A stretch of 64,000 nt of DNA from an uncultured Desulfobacteraceae bacterium (GTDB lineage Bacteria; Desulfobacterota; DSM-4660; Desulfatiglandales; HGW-15). The notes under the pieces were generated by a model. The model worked only from the letters and a program-made list of their open reading frames with translations. It was not told the origin of the DNA and ran no database searches. Made by a program: the position numbers and the translations under genes. This document shows, piece by piece, positions 1 to 8,463 of the stretch (positions are counted from its first letter, which is position 1; every line of letters starts with the position of its first letter). The stretch lies in assembly GCA_964520425.1 (NCBI GenBank), contig CAZFMX010000004.1, forward strand, positions 7,526 to 71,525, written 5' to 3'.

Positions 1-985
1 CTTCCAGGGCGGAAAGATCAGGTGTTTGACCGATGGCCGGAATGACCTGGTCGAGTTCCATATCAAATTCACTCCCAGGTATGGGGACCGGCCTTCTTCT
101 ACCCGACGAGTCGGGCTCCCCAAGTTCCATGCGAATACACCGCAGACCAATCACCCTGTCGTCCTGGAGGAGGACTTCCTGGGGGGCTGAGAGAAAGGAG
201 ATCTTCACCCCTTCCTCCTCTGCGGCCTCGACTTCTTCCTCCCAGGCCGGCATCTCCGCGCGAGTCCTTCGGTAGATGATAGTGACTTCTTCGGCCCCTA
301 GCCGGACTGCGGAGCGGGACGCGTCGATGGCCACATTACCGCCGCCGACGATAGCCACTCTTCTTCCCACAGCCGCCTTACCCTTAAGGTTCAGTTCTCT
401 AAGAAAATCCACACCCTGTCGTACACCCTCAGCCTCATCACCGGGGATACCCATCTCAATCCCTCTATGGGCCCCAGTAGCCAGATATATGGCCTTGTAG
501 CCTTGATTCAATAGGGTTTTGACCGTCAAATTCGGGCCCAGGGGCGTGTCGGTCCTGATCTCCACACCCAGGTTGGTGATGACCTCGATCTCCCGATCCA
601 GAATGTCTCGAGGAAGACGATGCTCAGGGATGCCCACCCGCAGCATGCCGCCGGCTTTGGGCAGGGCCTCAAAAATCGTGGATAAGACCCCTTTCCGTGC
701 TAGATGATAGGCCGCGGAAAGCCCCGCAGGGCCCGAGCCGATGATAGCCACCTTCTCCTCCCTTGGAGGGAGACATTCAATCTCTATTTCCCGGGGATCA
801 AACTGGTCGGCTGCAAGGCGTTTCAGGTCCCGAATGGCTATCGGATCATCCACATCACACCGACGGCAGGCATCTTCACATCCATGGGGACAGATTCTGC
901 CGAGCACACCGGGCAGGGGGAGATCTTGCATAATGATTTTCAGGGCCTCTTTGTATTTCCCCTGTCCCACCATCTGTACATACCC
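1..985. repeat. Copy 1 of a >=985-bp perfectly identical segment shared by the two hdrA paralogs
   Basis: It is identical to 11397-12381, and the first mismatch is at 986 vs 12382. The antisense ORF-track translations 33..275, 276..500 and 519..707 are identical to 11429..11671, 11672..11896 and 11915..12103. Confidence 0.9.
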
Positions 986-1534
986 TTGCACATTCAATCC
1001 CGCGGGGCAGGCTAGACGGCAGGGGGCTTTGTTCACTTTCTGAATGGCAAAGGCCCCCGGAATGGCTTGGGCATATTTTTTATAGGTTGCTTTTCTGGTG
1101 GAAAGACCCTGGTCGTATTCATTGGGGAGTTCTACAGGGCAGACCCTCGCACAGTCGCCACAGGCCGTGCACTTTGCCTCATCAATGTAGCGAGGAATTC
1201 TGCGAAGGGAGACTTTGAAGTTCCCCTGAGCACCACTGACCTTCTCCACGTCAGCACATGTGATCAAATCTATATTCAGATGCCGGCCGACCTCGACCAG
1301 TTTAGGAGAAATGATTCACATAGCACAATCGTTGGTAGGAAAGGTCTTGTCCAGTTCACTCATGACACCGCCGATGGCGGGGGACTTCTCCACAAGTTTG
1401 ACCAGATAACCGGAATTAGCCAGATCCAGAGCAGCCTGCATCCCGGCAATTCCGCCACCGACCACCATCACCGAGCCTGAGGGTGTATCAAGTCTTTCTT
1501 CAGTCATTATGTCTTCCCTTTCCAGTTTGACCAT
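1..1534 (-). CDS. hdrA: HdrA-like FAD/Fe-S oxidoreductase with GltD/NfnB-like insertion, predicted selenocysteine-containing paralog (partial; 3' part lies left of the window)
   Basis: The minus-strand frame is open from ATG 1534 to the window edge except for TGA at 1316-1318. Motifs are [18 protein letters not shown] (FAD fold), [10 protein letters not shown]-[TGA][12 protein letters not shown], [12 protein letters not shown], then GltD-type [10 protein letters not shown]...[14 protein letters not shown] and [13 protein letters not shown]. It is colinear with the 1482-aa protein at 8464..12912. Confidence 0.85.
1316..1318 (-). other. In-frame UGA, predicted selenocysteine codon of the hdrA paralog
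   Basis: It aligns exactly with Cys67 (TGT, 12712-12714) of the paralog in the motif DCAM-C/U-(M/I)ISPK. The frame continues open for 1315 nt downstream. Confidence 0.75.
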
Positions 1535-1639
1535 TTGGTAGACTCACAAAGCGTTTGATCCGCTCCACACTTGATTTGTCATGCAAACCGCATACGCCGT
1601 GCAACGCGGAAACGGCAAGGAGCCTGATTTGTTATAAGG

Positions 1640-2518
1640 CTATGACAGGTTGGCCTCGTTCAGAATTTGAGGAAGCCTGTCTTCCCAGCCTACGGTTGAG
1701 ATCAGTACGCCGGCCATCCCCATCTCCTTTAGCTGGGTTATGATCTTTGCAGCAATAGTTATGCATTCCTGAACTTTATCAGGGGCCTTTTGAATACTTG
1801 TGATTATCTCAGAGGGAATGGAGGTCCCCTTTATGTTTCGATCAATGTATCGTGCCATTCCGGCGGATTTTAACAGGAGAACGGTAGGAATGATCGCCAC
1901 TTGGGTTGTGTCCACTCTCTTAACAAATTGTTGGAAACGACGGGTGTCAAACACTGGGTTTGTTATGATATATTCTACCCCGAGATCTATCTTCTTTTTG
2001 AGGTTATCCAACTCGATTTCCAGAAGACCTCCCGGGGTGCCGGTGTCTATGGTAGAACCCACAAAATAGGTGGGTGATCCTTTCAACTCAATGCCAGCCA
2101 GATCTTTTCCCATCTGAAGTTTCTGAAGGGTTTCGAGGAGACCCATAACGTCCAAGTCATTAACAGCTCTGGCTTGAGGATGATCCCCGAAATTGATGTC
2201 CTCCCCTGCCGTGACCACGACATTCTTAATGCCCAGTGCTGATGCGGACAGGAGGTCGGCCTGAAGGGCTAGACGATTCCTATCCCGACAACAGACCTGA
2301 AAAACCGTTTCGACTCCTGCTTCTTGCAGCACGGCGCACCCTCCCAAAGAACTCGCCTTCAGGACGGCATTCCCCATTTCAGGGACTATGAGTGCATCTA
2401 TGCGACCTTTTACTTGATTGGCACTCCTAAGAAAAGGCGAGAAGTCGATTCCTTTTGGCGGCTCAAATTCACCAAGGACAACGAAATTCCCCGATTTTAT
2501 CTTTTCCTGTAACGGCAT
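1640..2518 (-). CDS. metF: Methylenetetrahydrofolate reductase family protein (second MetF-like paralog)
   Basis: The 292-aa product is a TIM-barrel MTHFR-like sequence (QVCCRDRNRLALQADLLSASALGIKNVVVTAGE) and a paralog of 6315..7247. It sits 105 nt upstream of the Sec-hdrA start. Confidence 0.7.
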   Translation of the reverse strand: MPLQEKIKSGNFVVLGEFEPPKGIDFSPFLRSANQVKGRIDALIVPEMGNAVLKASSLGGCAVLQEAGVETVFQVCCRDRNRLALQADLLSASALGIKNVVVTAGEDINFGDHPQARAVNDLDVMGLLETLQKLQMGKDLAGIELKGSPTYFVGSTIDTGTPGGLLEIELDNLKKKIDLGVEYIITNPVFDTRRFQQFVKRVDTTQVAIIPTVLLLKSAGMARYIDRNIKGTSIPSEIITSIQKAPDKVQECITIAAKIITQLKEMGMAGVLISTVGWEDRLPQILNEANLS

Positions 2519-2723
2519 ATGCTTGACCTCCAGTCCCCTTTGACCCCATCTTCCGTATTTGGCTCGAACTGATCGGTCCGGGACGAATAATTTGAAAAAA
2601 CGATATGAACTTAAGAATCTAGACTCAACAGACGGTTAAGCAGTTTGTTCTTATGGTCAGGGTGTTCCCCAGAGAGTAGGGGATGTAGGCTTTTACTACA
2701 ATAATTCCTATTTGGCAATCCCT

Positions 2724-4211
2724 TTAGGGGCTTTTCCCATCTTCCCTTATAACCGGTAGCAATATTCTAAAAGTAGTTCCTTTATCAGGAACGCTTTCCA
2801 CGTCAATCGTACCATTATGACTTTCTACCACACCTTTTACTATGGTGAGTCCCAATCCTGTACCTGTCACATTACGAGTCTTTTTGTTTTTTATACGGTA
2901 AAACTTGTCAAAGATCTTAGGGAGTTCTTCCGGGTCAATGCCTACTCCCGTGTCACTTACTTTGATTTCCATATATTCCCCCAGGACCTGGGCATTCACT
3001 TCGACCCGACCCCCTTCAGGAGAATAATTGATGGCATTGGTGACAAGGTTATTGAGGATCTCTTCAATTCCTTTGGGATCCGCATGAACGGGCTTCATGT
3101 TCTTGCAGGAGTCAATAAGGGTAATTCCCTGCTTCTGGGCCCTGGGCTTCAACAGAGAGAGGGTATCCTTGATGAGTGATTCGATATCCGTAGGCACTCG
3201 ATGTTGTACCTGTTTTCCCTCTTCAAGCTTCGCGATGTCCAAAAGATCATTGATCAGCTCAAGGAGTTGGTCTATTTTCTTTACTCCCTTTCCTAGGAAT
3301 TCCTCCTGCTTTTCCCCAAGAGGACCGAGTAACCCCTCTAGAAGGACAGTGTTTTGTTGCCTGATGGAAATCAATGGACTTCGGAGTTCGTGGGCTACCA
3401 TATTTATAAAATCTGATTTCATCTCGTCGAGTTGTCTAAAGGCGGTGATATCCTGCAAGACCGTGACTGTCCCGACGAGCCCATCATCGGGGCCGAGGGC
3501 TGGTGCCGAAATGGCCCTCAGGACCATTTTCCCGGCGCTGATTTCCTGGGACACGAACTCATCTCTTGCAGATTCACCGGTCTGGATACCCTCAAGTGTA
3601 TTTCTCAGAGCCCTGTCATCTATAATCTGATTCACTAATACGGGATTTTCGACCTTTCCCGATATCTCCAGCAGCCTCATCAATGCGGGATTGTGAAGGA
3701 CAACTTCCAGGTTGCGGTTAGTGACCATTACACCATCAGCCATACAGTTGATTATGGTCTTCAGCCGGCTTTTTTCCAGGTCGAGATCATAGAGGTTTCT
3801 CAATTTCTCCTCTTCATATGAGTGGGCTCTCTTTTCAAGCGCCCTCTTTTCGGCAGCCCGATTGATGGTTAAGAGAAACTGATCGATCTGGAAAGGCTTG
3901 GTTATAAAGTCATAAGCGCCCTGCTTCATACAATCCACGGCGGTATCCACGGTTCCATGTCCCGTGATAATGATGACCGGGATGTCCGGATATTGAACGC
4001 GCGTTTTTTCCAGGACCTCCTCGCCACTCATGACAGGCATTTTCAGGTCGAGCAGGATAACATCTACGGTCTCTTTGTTCAGCAGATCCACAGCCTTTTG
4101 TCCGTTTTCAGCGGTCAAGACCTCATATCCCTTTCCCGTTAACACACGGCTGCATCCCTCCCTAACAACCTGCTCGTCATCTACAACCAATATCTTTGTT
4201 TTATGATCCAT
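2724..4211 (-). CDS. Hybrid response-regulator receiver / PAS / histidine kinase
   Basis: It has an N-terminal receiver (ILVVDDEQVVRE...LLDLKMP), an H-box MVAHELRSPL, and HATPase_c boxes (NAINYSPEGG, DTGVGI, GTGLGLTIVKG). Confidence 0.85.
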   Translation of the reverse strand: MDHKTKILVVDDEQVVREGCSRVLTGKGYEVLTAENGQKAVDLLNKETVDVILLDLKMPVMSGEEVLEKTRVQYPDIPVIIITGHGTVDTAVDCMKQGAYDFITKPFQIDQFLLTINRAAEKRALEKRAHSYEEEKLRNLYDLDLEKSRLKTIINCMADGVMVTNRNLEVVLHNPALMRLLEISGKVENPVLVNQIIDDRALRNTLEGIQTGESARDEFVSQEISAGKMVLRAISAPALGPDDGLVGTVTVLQDITAFRQLDEMKSDFINMVAHELRSPLISIRQQNTVLLEGLLGPLGEKQEEFLGKGVKKIDQLLELINDLLDIAKLEEGKQVQHRVPTDIESLIKDTLSLLKPRAQKQGITLIDSCKNMKPVHADPKGIEEILNNLVTNAINYSPEGGRVEVNAQVLGEYMEIKVSDTGVGIDPEELPKIFDKFYRIKNKKTRNVTGTGLGLTIVKGVVESHNGTIDVESVPDKGTTFRILLPVIREDGKSP

Positions 4212-4253
4212 GATGAATGATAGCCCTTCTCCGAATTAACCGCTCGTGCTCAA

Positions 4254-5825
4254 TCAATTATCCAATCCGACAAAAAGAGGTTCTTCCGAGGTCCTCGCCA
4301 CAAATCCCAGGGGGATCTCGATAACGAAGGTGGTCCCTCCCTCAGGAGGAGAGTCTATGGCAATGCTGCCACCGTGCAGAGAAATAATGTTCTTGGTAAT
4401 CGTCAATCCCAGACCTGTTCCCTTTCCAGGGGCCTTGGTAGTAAAGAAAAAATCAAAGATCTTTTCCCGCATGTTCTCCGGGATACCTGGACCGGTATCA
4501 GAAACGCGGATATGGAACTGATTCTTTTCAGGTTCAAACCGCGCTTTGATATCCAGACGGCCGTTACCTTCCATGGCGTCTGCGGCATTCATGAAGAGAT
4601 TGGTAAAGACCTGCTGGAGCTGGGCCATGTCACCCACCATGCTGGGCAGGTCCGAATCTATTTGTTTGGTGATGGATATATTTTGAAAAAGGGCCTGATT
4701 GACCAAGAGAACCAGTGTCTTGTCAATCAATTCAGCTAAACTGAAAGAGGATATTTTGCCCACGGACTGCCTGCTAAACTCCAGTAGATCGGATACAATC
4801 CTTTTACATCTTAATGTCTGTTGAATGATTTCGTTTGCGTCATTGAAGTATTGGGGATTATCCTTCAAATTCTCCTTGAGCAGTTCGGCGAAGATCAGGA
4901 TGCCGGACAGAGGGTTATTGATTTCATGAGCGACACCGGCGGCCATTCTGCCTATAGATGCGATTCTCTCTGATTCCACCAGTTGGAGGTGGGCATCCTC
5001 CAGGTCTTTTCTCATCTGGAGAACTTCCCTCATATCCCTAAAGACCCCGACACTGGCTGTCTCCTTGCCGTCAATAGTGATGATAGAGGCGGATAAGGTG
5101 ACCGGAATTTTCTCACCTTCCTTTGTGGTGATCGTCATGTTGGTAGGATTTAATTTCCCTGGAGGCCCGTGCCGGTCACTGCGCATCTTCTGCATGTTTT
5201 CTTTTGCCACATCTATGTCATAGAAGCTGCTTAAATGACCCATATCCGTCATCTCCCGGGCCGAGTATCCTGTCAGTGCTTCCATCCCTTGATTCCAGAT
5301 CAGGACGTTTCCTTTGGTATCAGAGACAACAATGCCGTCCACAGTACTCTGGATCATATTTTGAAAAAAGGTGTTGGATTTTCGGGCTTCTTGTTCCAGC
5401 ATAAATCTTTCCGTCACATCCCTGGATGCTTCAAGAATCTGGACCAATTCACCCTCTTTGTTACAGATGGGGGCAATGGTGACTACGTCATAACGGATTT
5501 CGCCGCTATCATCGAGATATTCGTTGTAGACACTGATGGACCTATTCTCTTTGATCTCGTCAAGGCGCTGCCTTATGTTACAGACTCGGCCAAGTTCATC
5601 ACATGGTTGGTTGAACCCATACCTCACCAAGTAACAAGGTTTGCCCCGGACATCATCATAGCTTAGGCCGAGTTCATTCAGAAAGGGTTGATTCACGGTG
5701 TCAATGGTCATATCCGTGTTGACAACCATGATTCTGTAAGGAATAGAATCTAGGATAAGTTGTGTATGGTTCTTGTCTTTTTCTCGGGAATCCGTTCCCT
5801 CTTTTCCTAATTCCATCTTTTCCAT
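4254..5825 (-). CDS. PAS-domain sensor histidine kinase
   Basis: It has PAS-like repeats, an H-box GVAHEINNPL, an N-box NLFMNAADAM, and G-boxes DTGPGI and GTGLGLTITK. Confidence 0.85.
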   Translation of the reverse strand: MEKMELGKEGTDSREKDKNHTQLILDSIPYRIMVVNTDMTIDTVNQPFLNELGLSYDDVRGKPCYLVRYGFNQPCDELGRVCNIRQRLDEIKENRSISVYNEYLDDSGEIRYDVVTIAPICNKEGELVQILEASRDVTERFMLEQEARKSNTFFQNMIQSTVDGIVVSDTKGNVLIWNQGMEALTGYSAREMTDMGHLSSFYDIDVAKENMQKMRSDRHGPPGKLNPTNMTITTKEGEKIPVTLSASIITIDGKETASVGVFRDMREVLQMRKDLEDAHLQLVESERIASIGRMAAGVAHEINNPLSGILIFAELLKENLKDNPQYFNDANEIIQQTLRCKRIVSDLLEFSRQSVGKISSFSLAELIDKTLVLLVNQALFQNISITKQIDSDLPSMVGDMAQLQQVFTNLFMNAADAMEGNGRLDIKARFEPEKNQFHIRVSDTGPGIPENMREKIFDFFFTTKAPGKGTGLGLTITKNIISLHGGSIAIDSPPEGGTTFVIEIPLGFVARTSEEPLFVGLDN

Positions 5826-5949
5826 CTGGGTTGTAACCGTTCAGCGGCTAAGCCACGAGGAGGACGTGTCGACAAATAGCCAAGGAACCTCGATTCACTA
5901 ACGGCTCGCGATGTTGAAGCTTCCTGCAGGTCTCTCTAATTCCGCCGCC

Positions 5950-6240
5950 TCACGATGTTTCACTATCCAACCGCAATATAAGTTTCTGTTCGAGATCCTT
6001 GATAATGTCCTTTAAACTAGGAGTCTCCTGGATAGGCCCTGAATTGTTCCATCCCTTGATCAGGGCCTCCTCTTTCTTTTTTCTGAATACTTCAATGTTG
6101 GAAGCCATGGTCTTCCACAGGAACAACTTCTGAAGGATATGCCGCTCCGGAGCAGTCAAATCGATCTCCGTATCATATGTTTTTCCGTCTTTGGTGGTAA
6201 TGATCACAGTGAAAAAGCAATAAAGAATCAAGTGTGACAA
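5950..6240 (-). CDS. Hypothetical small protein
   Basis: This is a 96-aa ORF with no recognisable motif. It lies downstream of a terminator-like hairpin after metF, so expression is uncertain. Confidence 0.3.
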   Translation of the reverse strand: MSHLILYCFFTVIITTKDGKTYDTEIDLTAPERHILQKLFLWKTMASNIEVFRKKKEEALIKGWNNSGPIQETPSLKDIIKDLEQKLILRLDSETS

Positions 6241-6285
6241 TAAGTTGGTGCAATATCTTAAGGGACAAGTGCTGTAGAACTCAAG

Positions 6286-6305
6286 AAAAAAGCCTTCTCA
6301 GAAGG
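6286..6305 (-). terminator. Putative intrinsic terminator after metF
   Basis: On the minus strand a CCUUC-UGA-GAAGG hairpin is followed by C and six U residues, about 10 nt after the metF stop. The stem is short (5 bp). Confidence 0.4.
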
Positions 6306-6314
6306 ATGGCGTCA

Positions 6315-7247
6315 TCAAACCTTGGGTCTTGGAAGGAGACCGGCTCTCTCTGCGATCTCCGGGACTTTGTGTTCCCATTCGATGGCCATGAGATGAACAC
6401 CGGCTACACCTTCCATCTCTTTAAATTCTTCAATCTGCTCGAGTGCGAATTTGATGCCCTCTTCAGCTACTTTCCCTTTTCCCGCTCCTCTCAGTCTATT
6501 GATCAGAGATTCGGGCACATCCATGCCGGGGACCGCTTTGGCCATATACTGGGCCATACCAAGGCTTTTCATGGGGGTGACTCCGGCCAAGATATAGCAC
6601 TTCTCATGAAGACCCATATCGACCACCTTTTTCATAAAATCCCTAAAGATATCCATATTGTAAATGCATTGGGTCTGAACGAAATCCGCCCCTGAGGCGA
6701 TCTTCTTTGCGAGTCGGTGAACCCGGAATTCAATGGGATCTGCAAATGGGTTGGAGGCAGCCCCTATAAAGAGCCTGGGCGAGACATCAAGCTGCTCCTC
6801 ATTCAGGAATTTGCCCTCATCCCGCATCTTTTTGGCTAGGGAGATAAGTTGCATGGAGTCTAAGTCAAAGACGTTCTTGGCCTGGGGGTGGTTCCCAAAA
6901 CGCTGGTGATCGCCGGAAAGACAGAGCATGTTTCGGATGCCTAAAGTATAGGCGCCCAGGATATCACTCTGCATGGCCAAACGGTTCCGATCACGGCAGA
7001 CCATTTGATAATTGGGCTCAATTCCTTCTTGTATCAATATCGTGGAAGCGGCCCAGCTGGACATTCTAACCACCGCTGTCTGGTTATCGGTGATATTGAC
7101 CGCATCTACCATCCCTTTCAGGTGGGCAGCCTTTTCCTTGAGATGGTCCGTATTCGCGCCCTTTGGGGGACCACATTCGCCGGTAAAGGTAAAGTGCCCG
7201 GCTTTGAGGACCTTTTCAAGATTGCTTCCAGATTTCAGATCGTTCAT
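6315..7247 (-). CDS. metF: Methylenetetrahydrofolate reductase, acetogen-type MetF
   Basis: The 310-aa product has MTHFR motifs (MVCRDRNRLAMQSDILGAYTLGIRNMLCLSGD). Its start overlaps the metV stop by 4 nt, and it is the last gene of the hdrCBA-mvhD-metVF string. Confidence 0.85.
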   Translation of the reverse strand: MNDLKSGSNLEKVLKAGHFTFTGECGPPKGANTDHLKEKAAHLKGMVDAVNITDNQTAVVRMSSWAASTILIQEGIEPNYQMVCRDRNRLAMQSDILGAYTLGIRNMLCLSGDHQRFGNHPQAKNVFDLDSMQLISLAKKMRDEGKFLNEEQLDVSPRLFIGAASNPFADPIEFRVHRLAKKIASGADFVQTQCIYNMDIFRDFMKKVVDMGLHEKCYILAGVTPMKSLGMAQYMAKAVPGMDVPESLINRLRGAGKGKVAEEGIKFALEQIEEFKEMEGVAGVHLMAIEWEHKVPEIAERAGLLPRPKV

Positions 7248-7912
7248 TCTACCAGTCCCTCCTTAGCACTCTTTCGGGGCCCGCCGTCCCTTGAGGTCTG
7301 CCAATCCTTGGCTGGTGTTATTCGGAGTAGATCCTCCAGACGGCCCTGTTCCATTTTCTTTCTCACGATCATGTCCCAGACACAGTCAACTTCCCTTGAG
7401 ATCTCACACTTTCCCTTGGCCGAACCGCCACAAGGCCCGTTGAGGAGGTTTTTAGAACAACGAGCAACGGGGCATAGACCGCCGGTCAGGTGGAGGATGC
7501 AGTCTCCGCACATAAGACAGCGCTCAGTAAACAAACCCGGTCCCTCAACTACACCGATGAAAGTGGTGTTGAGTCCGGGCAGAATGATCTTCTCCGGCCA
7601 TTTCTCGGAGGTGAACTGGACCCCGGCCCCGCAGGCGATGGAGAGAACGGCGTCGGCCCACTCGATCTGTTCTTTCGCGGAATCGAAGAATTCGTGTTCG
7701 CACTGCCGCTCGATTCCCCCATTCTTGATGTCGATCTCTATACCTTCCTGTTTGGCCTTCATCCTCAACATGGAGGCCAAGATCTCTGCTTCCTTATTCC
7801 CCCCCTCGTGGCAAATGGCCACGCAGGTGTTGCATCCGAAGATCAAGACCTTCCTGTATTCTTTGATCATGTCCCAGATGACTTCGAAGGATTTTTGTTT
7901 CCCGACAATCAT
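7244..7912 (-). CDS. metV: MetV (Cys-rich MTHFR small subunit, MTHFR C-terminal-like domain)
   Basis: It carries the Cys clusters CNTCVAICHEGG and CLMCGDCILHLTGGLCPVARCSKNLLNGPCGG. It sits between mvhD and metF. Confidence 0.8.
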   Translation of the reverse strand: MIVGKQKSFEVIWDMIKEYRKVLIFGCNTCVAICHEGGNKEAEILASMLRMKAKQEGIEIDIKNGGIERQCEHEFFDSAKEQIEWADAVLSIACGAGVQFTSEKWPEKIILPGLNTTFIGVVEGPGLFTERCLMCGDCILHLTGGLCPVARCSKNLLNGPCGGSAKGKCEISREVDCVWDMIVRKKMEQGRLEDLLRITPAKDWQTSRDGGPRKSAKEGLVE

Positions 7913-7918
7913 CTTAAT

Positions 7919-8443
7919 CTACTCCTTTCCGGAGTACTTGGATTCCGTTCCAGAATATCTGGATTCCGCAAGCCGAATGGGGGAGGGACCGAGCTTTTTG
8001 ATCTTCTCTGTAAACTCGGTACAGATTTCCGCCCATCTGGGTCCCATGGCTGCGGAAAGGTTATACATCTCAAGCCGTTCCGGATCAATATCAACCTTAA
8101 TTAATAGATTCTTTAGATACTCAATCCTCTTTCTGGCGTTTGTATTTCCTTCCAGGAAATGACACTGTCCGGGCAGTCACCCGGCAGCAAATACGCCGTC
8201 CATGCCTTTCTCGAACGCGCGAAGAACATAGATGTGGTCCAGCTTGCCTGTGCAAGGGAGCCTGATGATCTTTACGTTTGTAGGATAGGAGAGCCGCATG
8301 ACCCCAGAGAGGTCTGCGGCCGCGAAAGCGCAATAGTGGCAGGCAAAGGCCAGGATGTTGGGCGACCAGTCCGAAGGGATGTCGTGCGGTTTCTCTACGG
8401 AGGAGGTATCCTCCTGTGCCACGGTTGAAGCTTCTTCTGTCAT
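7919..8443 (-). CDS. mvhD: MvhD-like [2Fe-2S] protein, predicted selenocysteine-containing (174 aa with read-through)
   Basis: The ORF-track stub 8177..8443 ends ...DGVFAAG-TGA. The same frame continues LPGQCHFLEGNTNARKRIEYLKNLL...FTEKIKKLGP to TAG 7919-7921, matching the MvhD signature GC(U)xxGxCH(Y/F)xxGN. Confidence 0.8.
8144..8160 (-). promoter_or_regulatory. Candidate bacterial SECIS hairpin for mvhD
   Basis: On the mRNA a 6-bp stem AUUUCC/GGAAAU with loop UGGAA starts 16 nt after the UGA. It was found by eye only. Confidence 0.4.
8177..8179 (-). other. In-frame UGA, predicted selenocysteine codon of mvhD
   Basis: It sits where MvhD/VhuD family proteins have the first Cys of the G-C-x-x-G-x-C-H motif. 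Confidence 0.75.
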
Positions 8444-8463
8444 GTTCTCTCTATCTTTCCTCC

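Noticed and set aside
7909-8094. A 61-aa minus-strand ORF filling the apparent gap between mvhD and metV
   Set aside because: It is out of frame with the mvhD UGA read-through frame, and that frame gives a textbook MvhD C-terminal half. The 61-aa product is Arg/Pro/Ser-rich with no homology signal.
7005-8162. A 385-aa plus-strand ORF, together with similar long ORFs at 9814..11019, 12100..12705, 12891..13493, 25255..25992 (minus), 37428..38111 and 3097..3630
   Set aside because: They lie antisense to or out of frame with well-supported genes (metF/metV/mvhD, hdrA, hdrB, the radical SAM gene, the MORN protein, the kinase). They have low-complexity Ser/Pro/Arg-rich composition and no motifs. 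These are typical shadow ORFs of GC-rich coding DNA.
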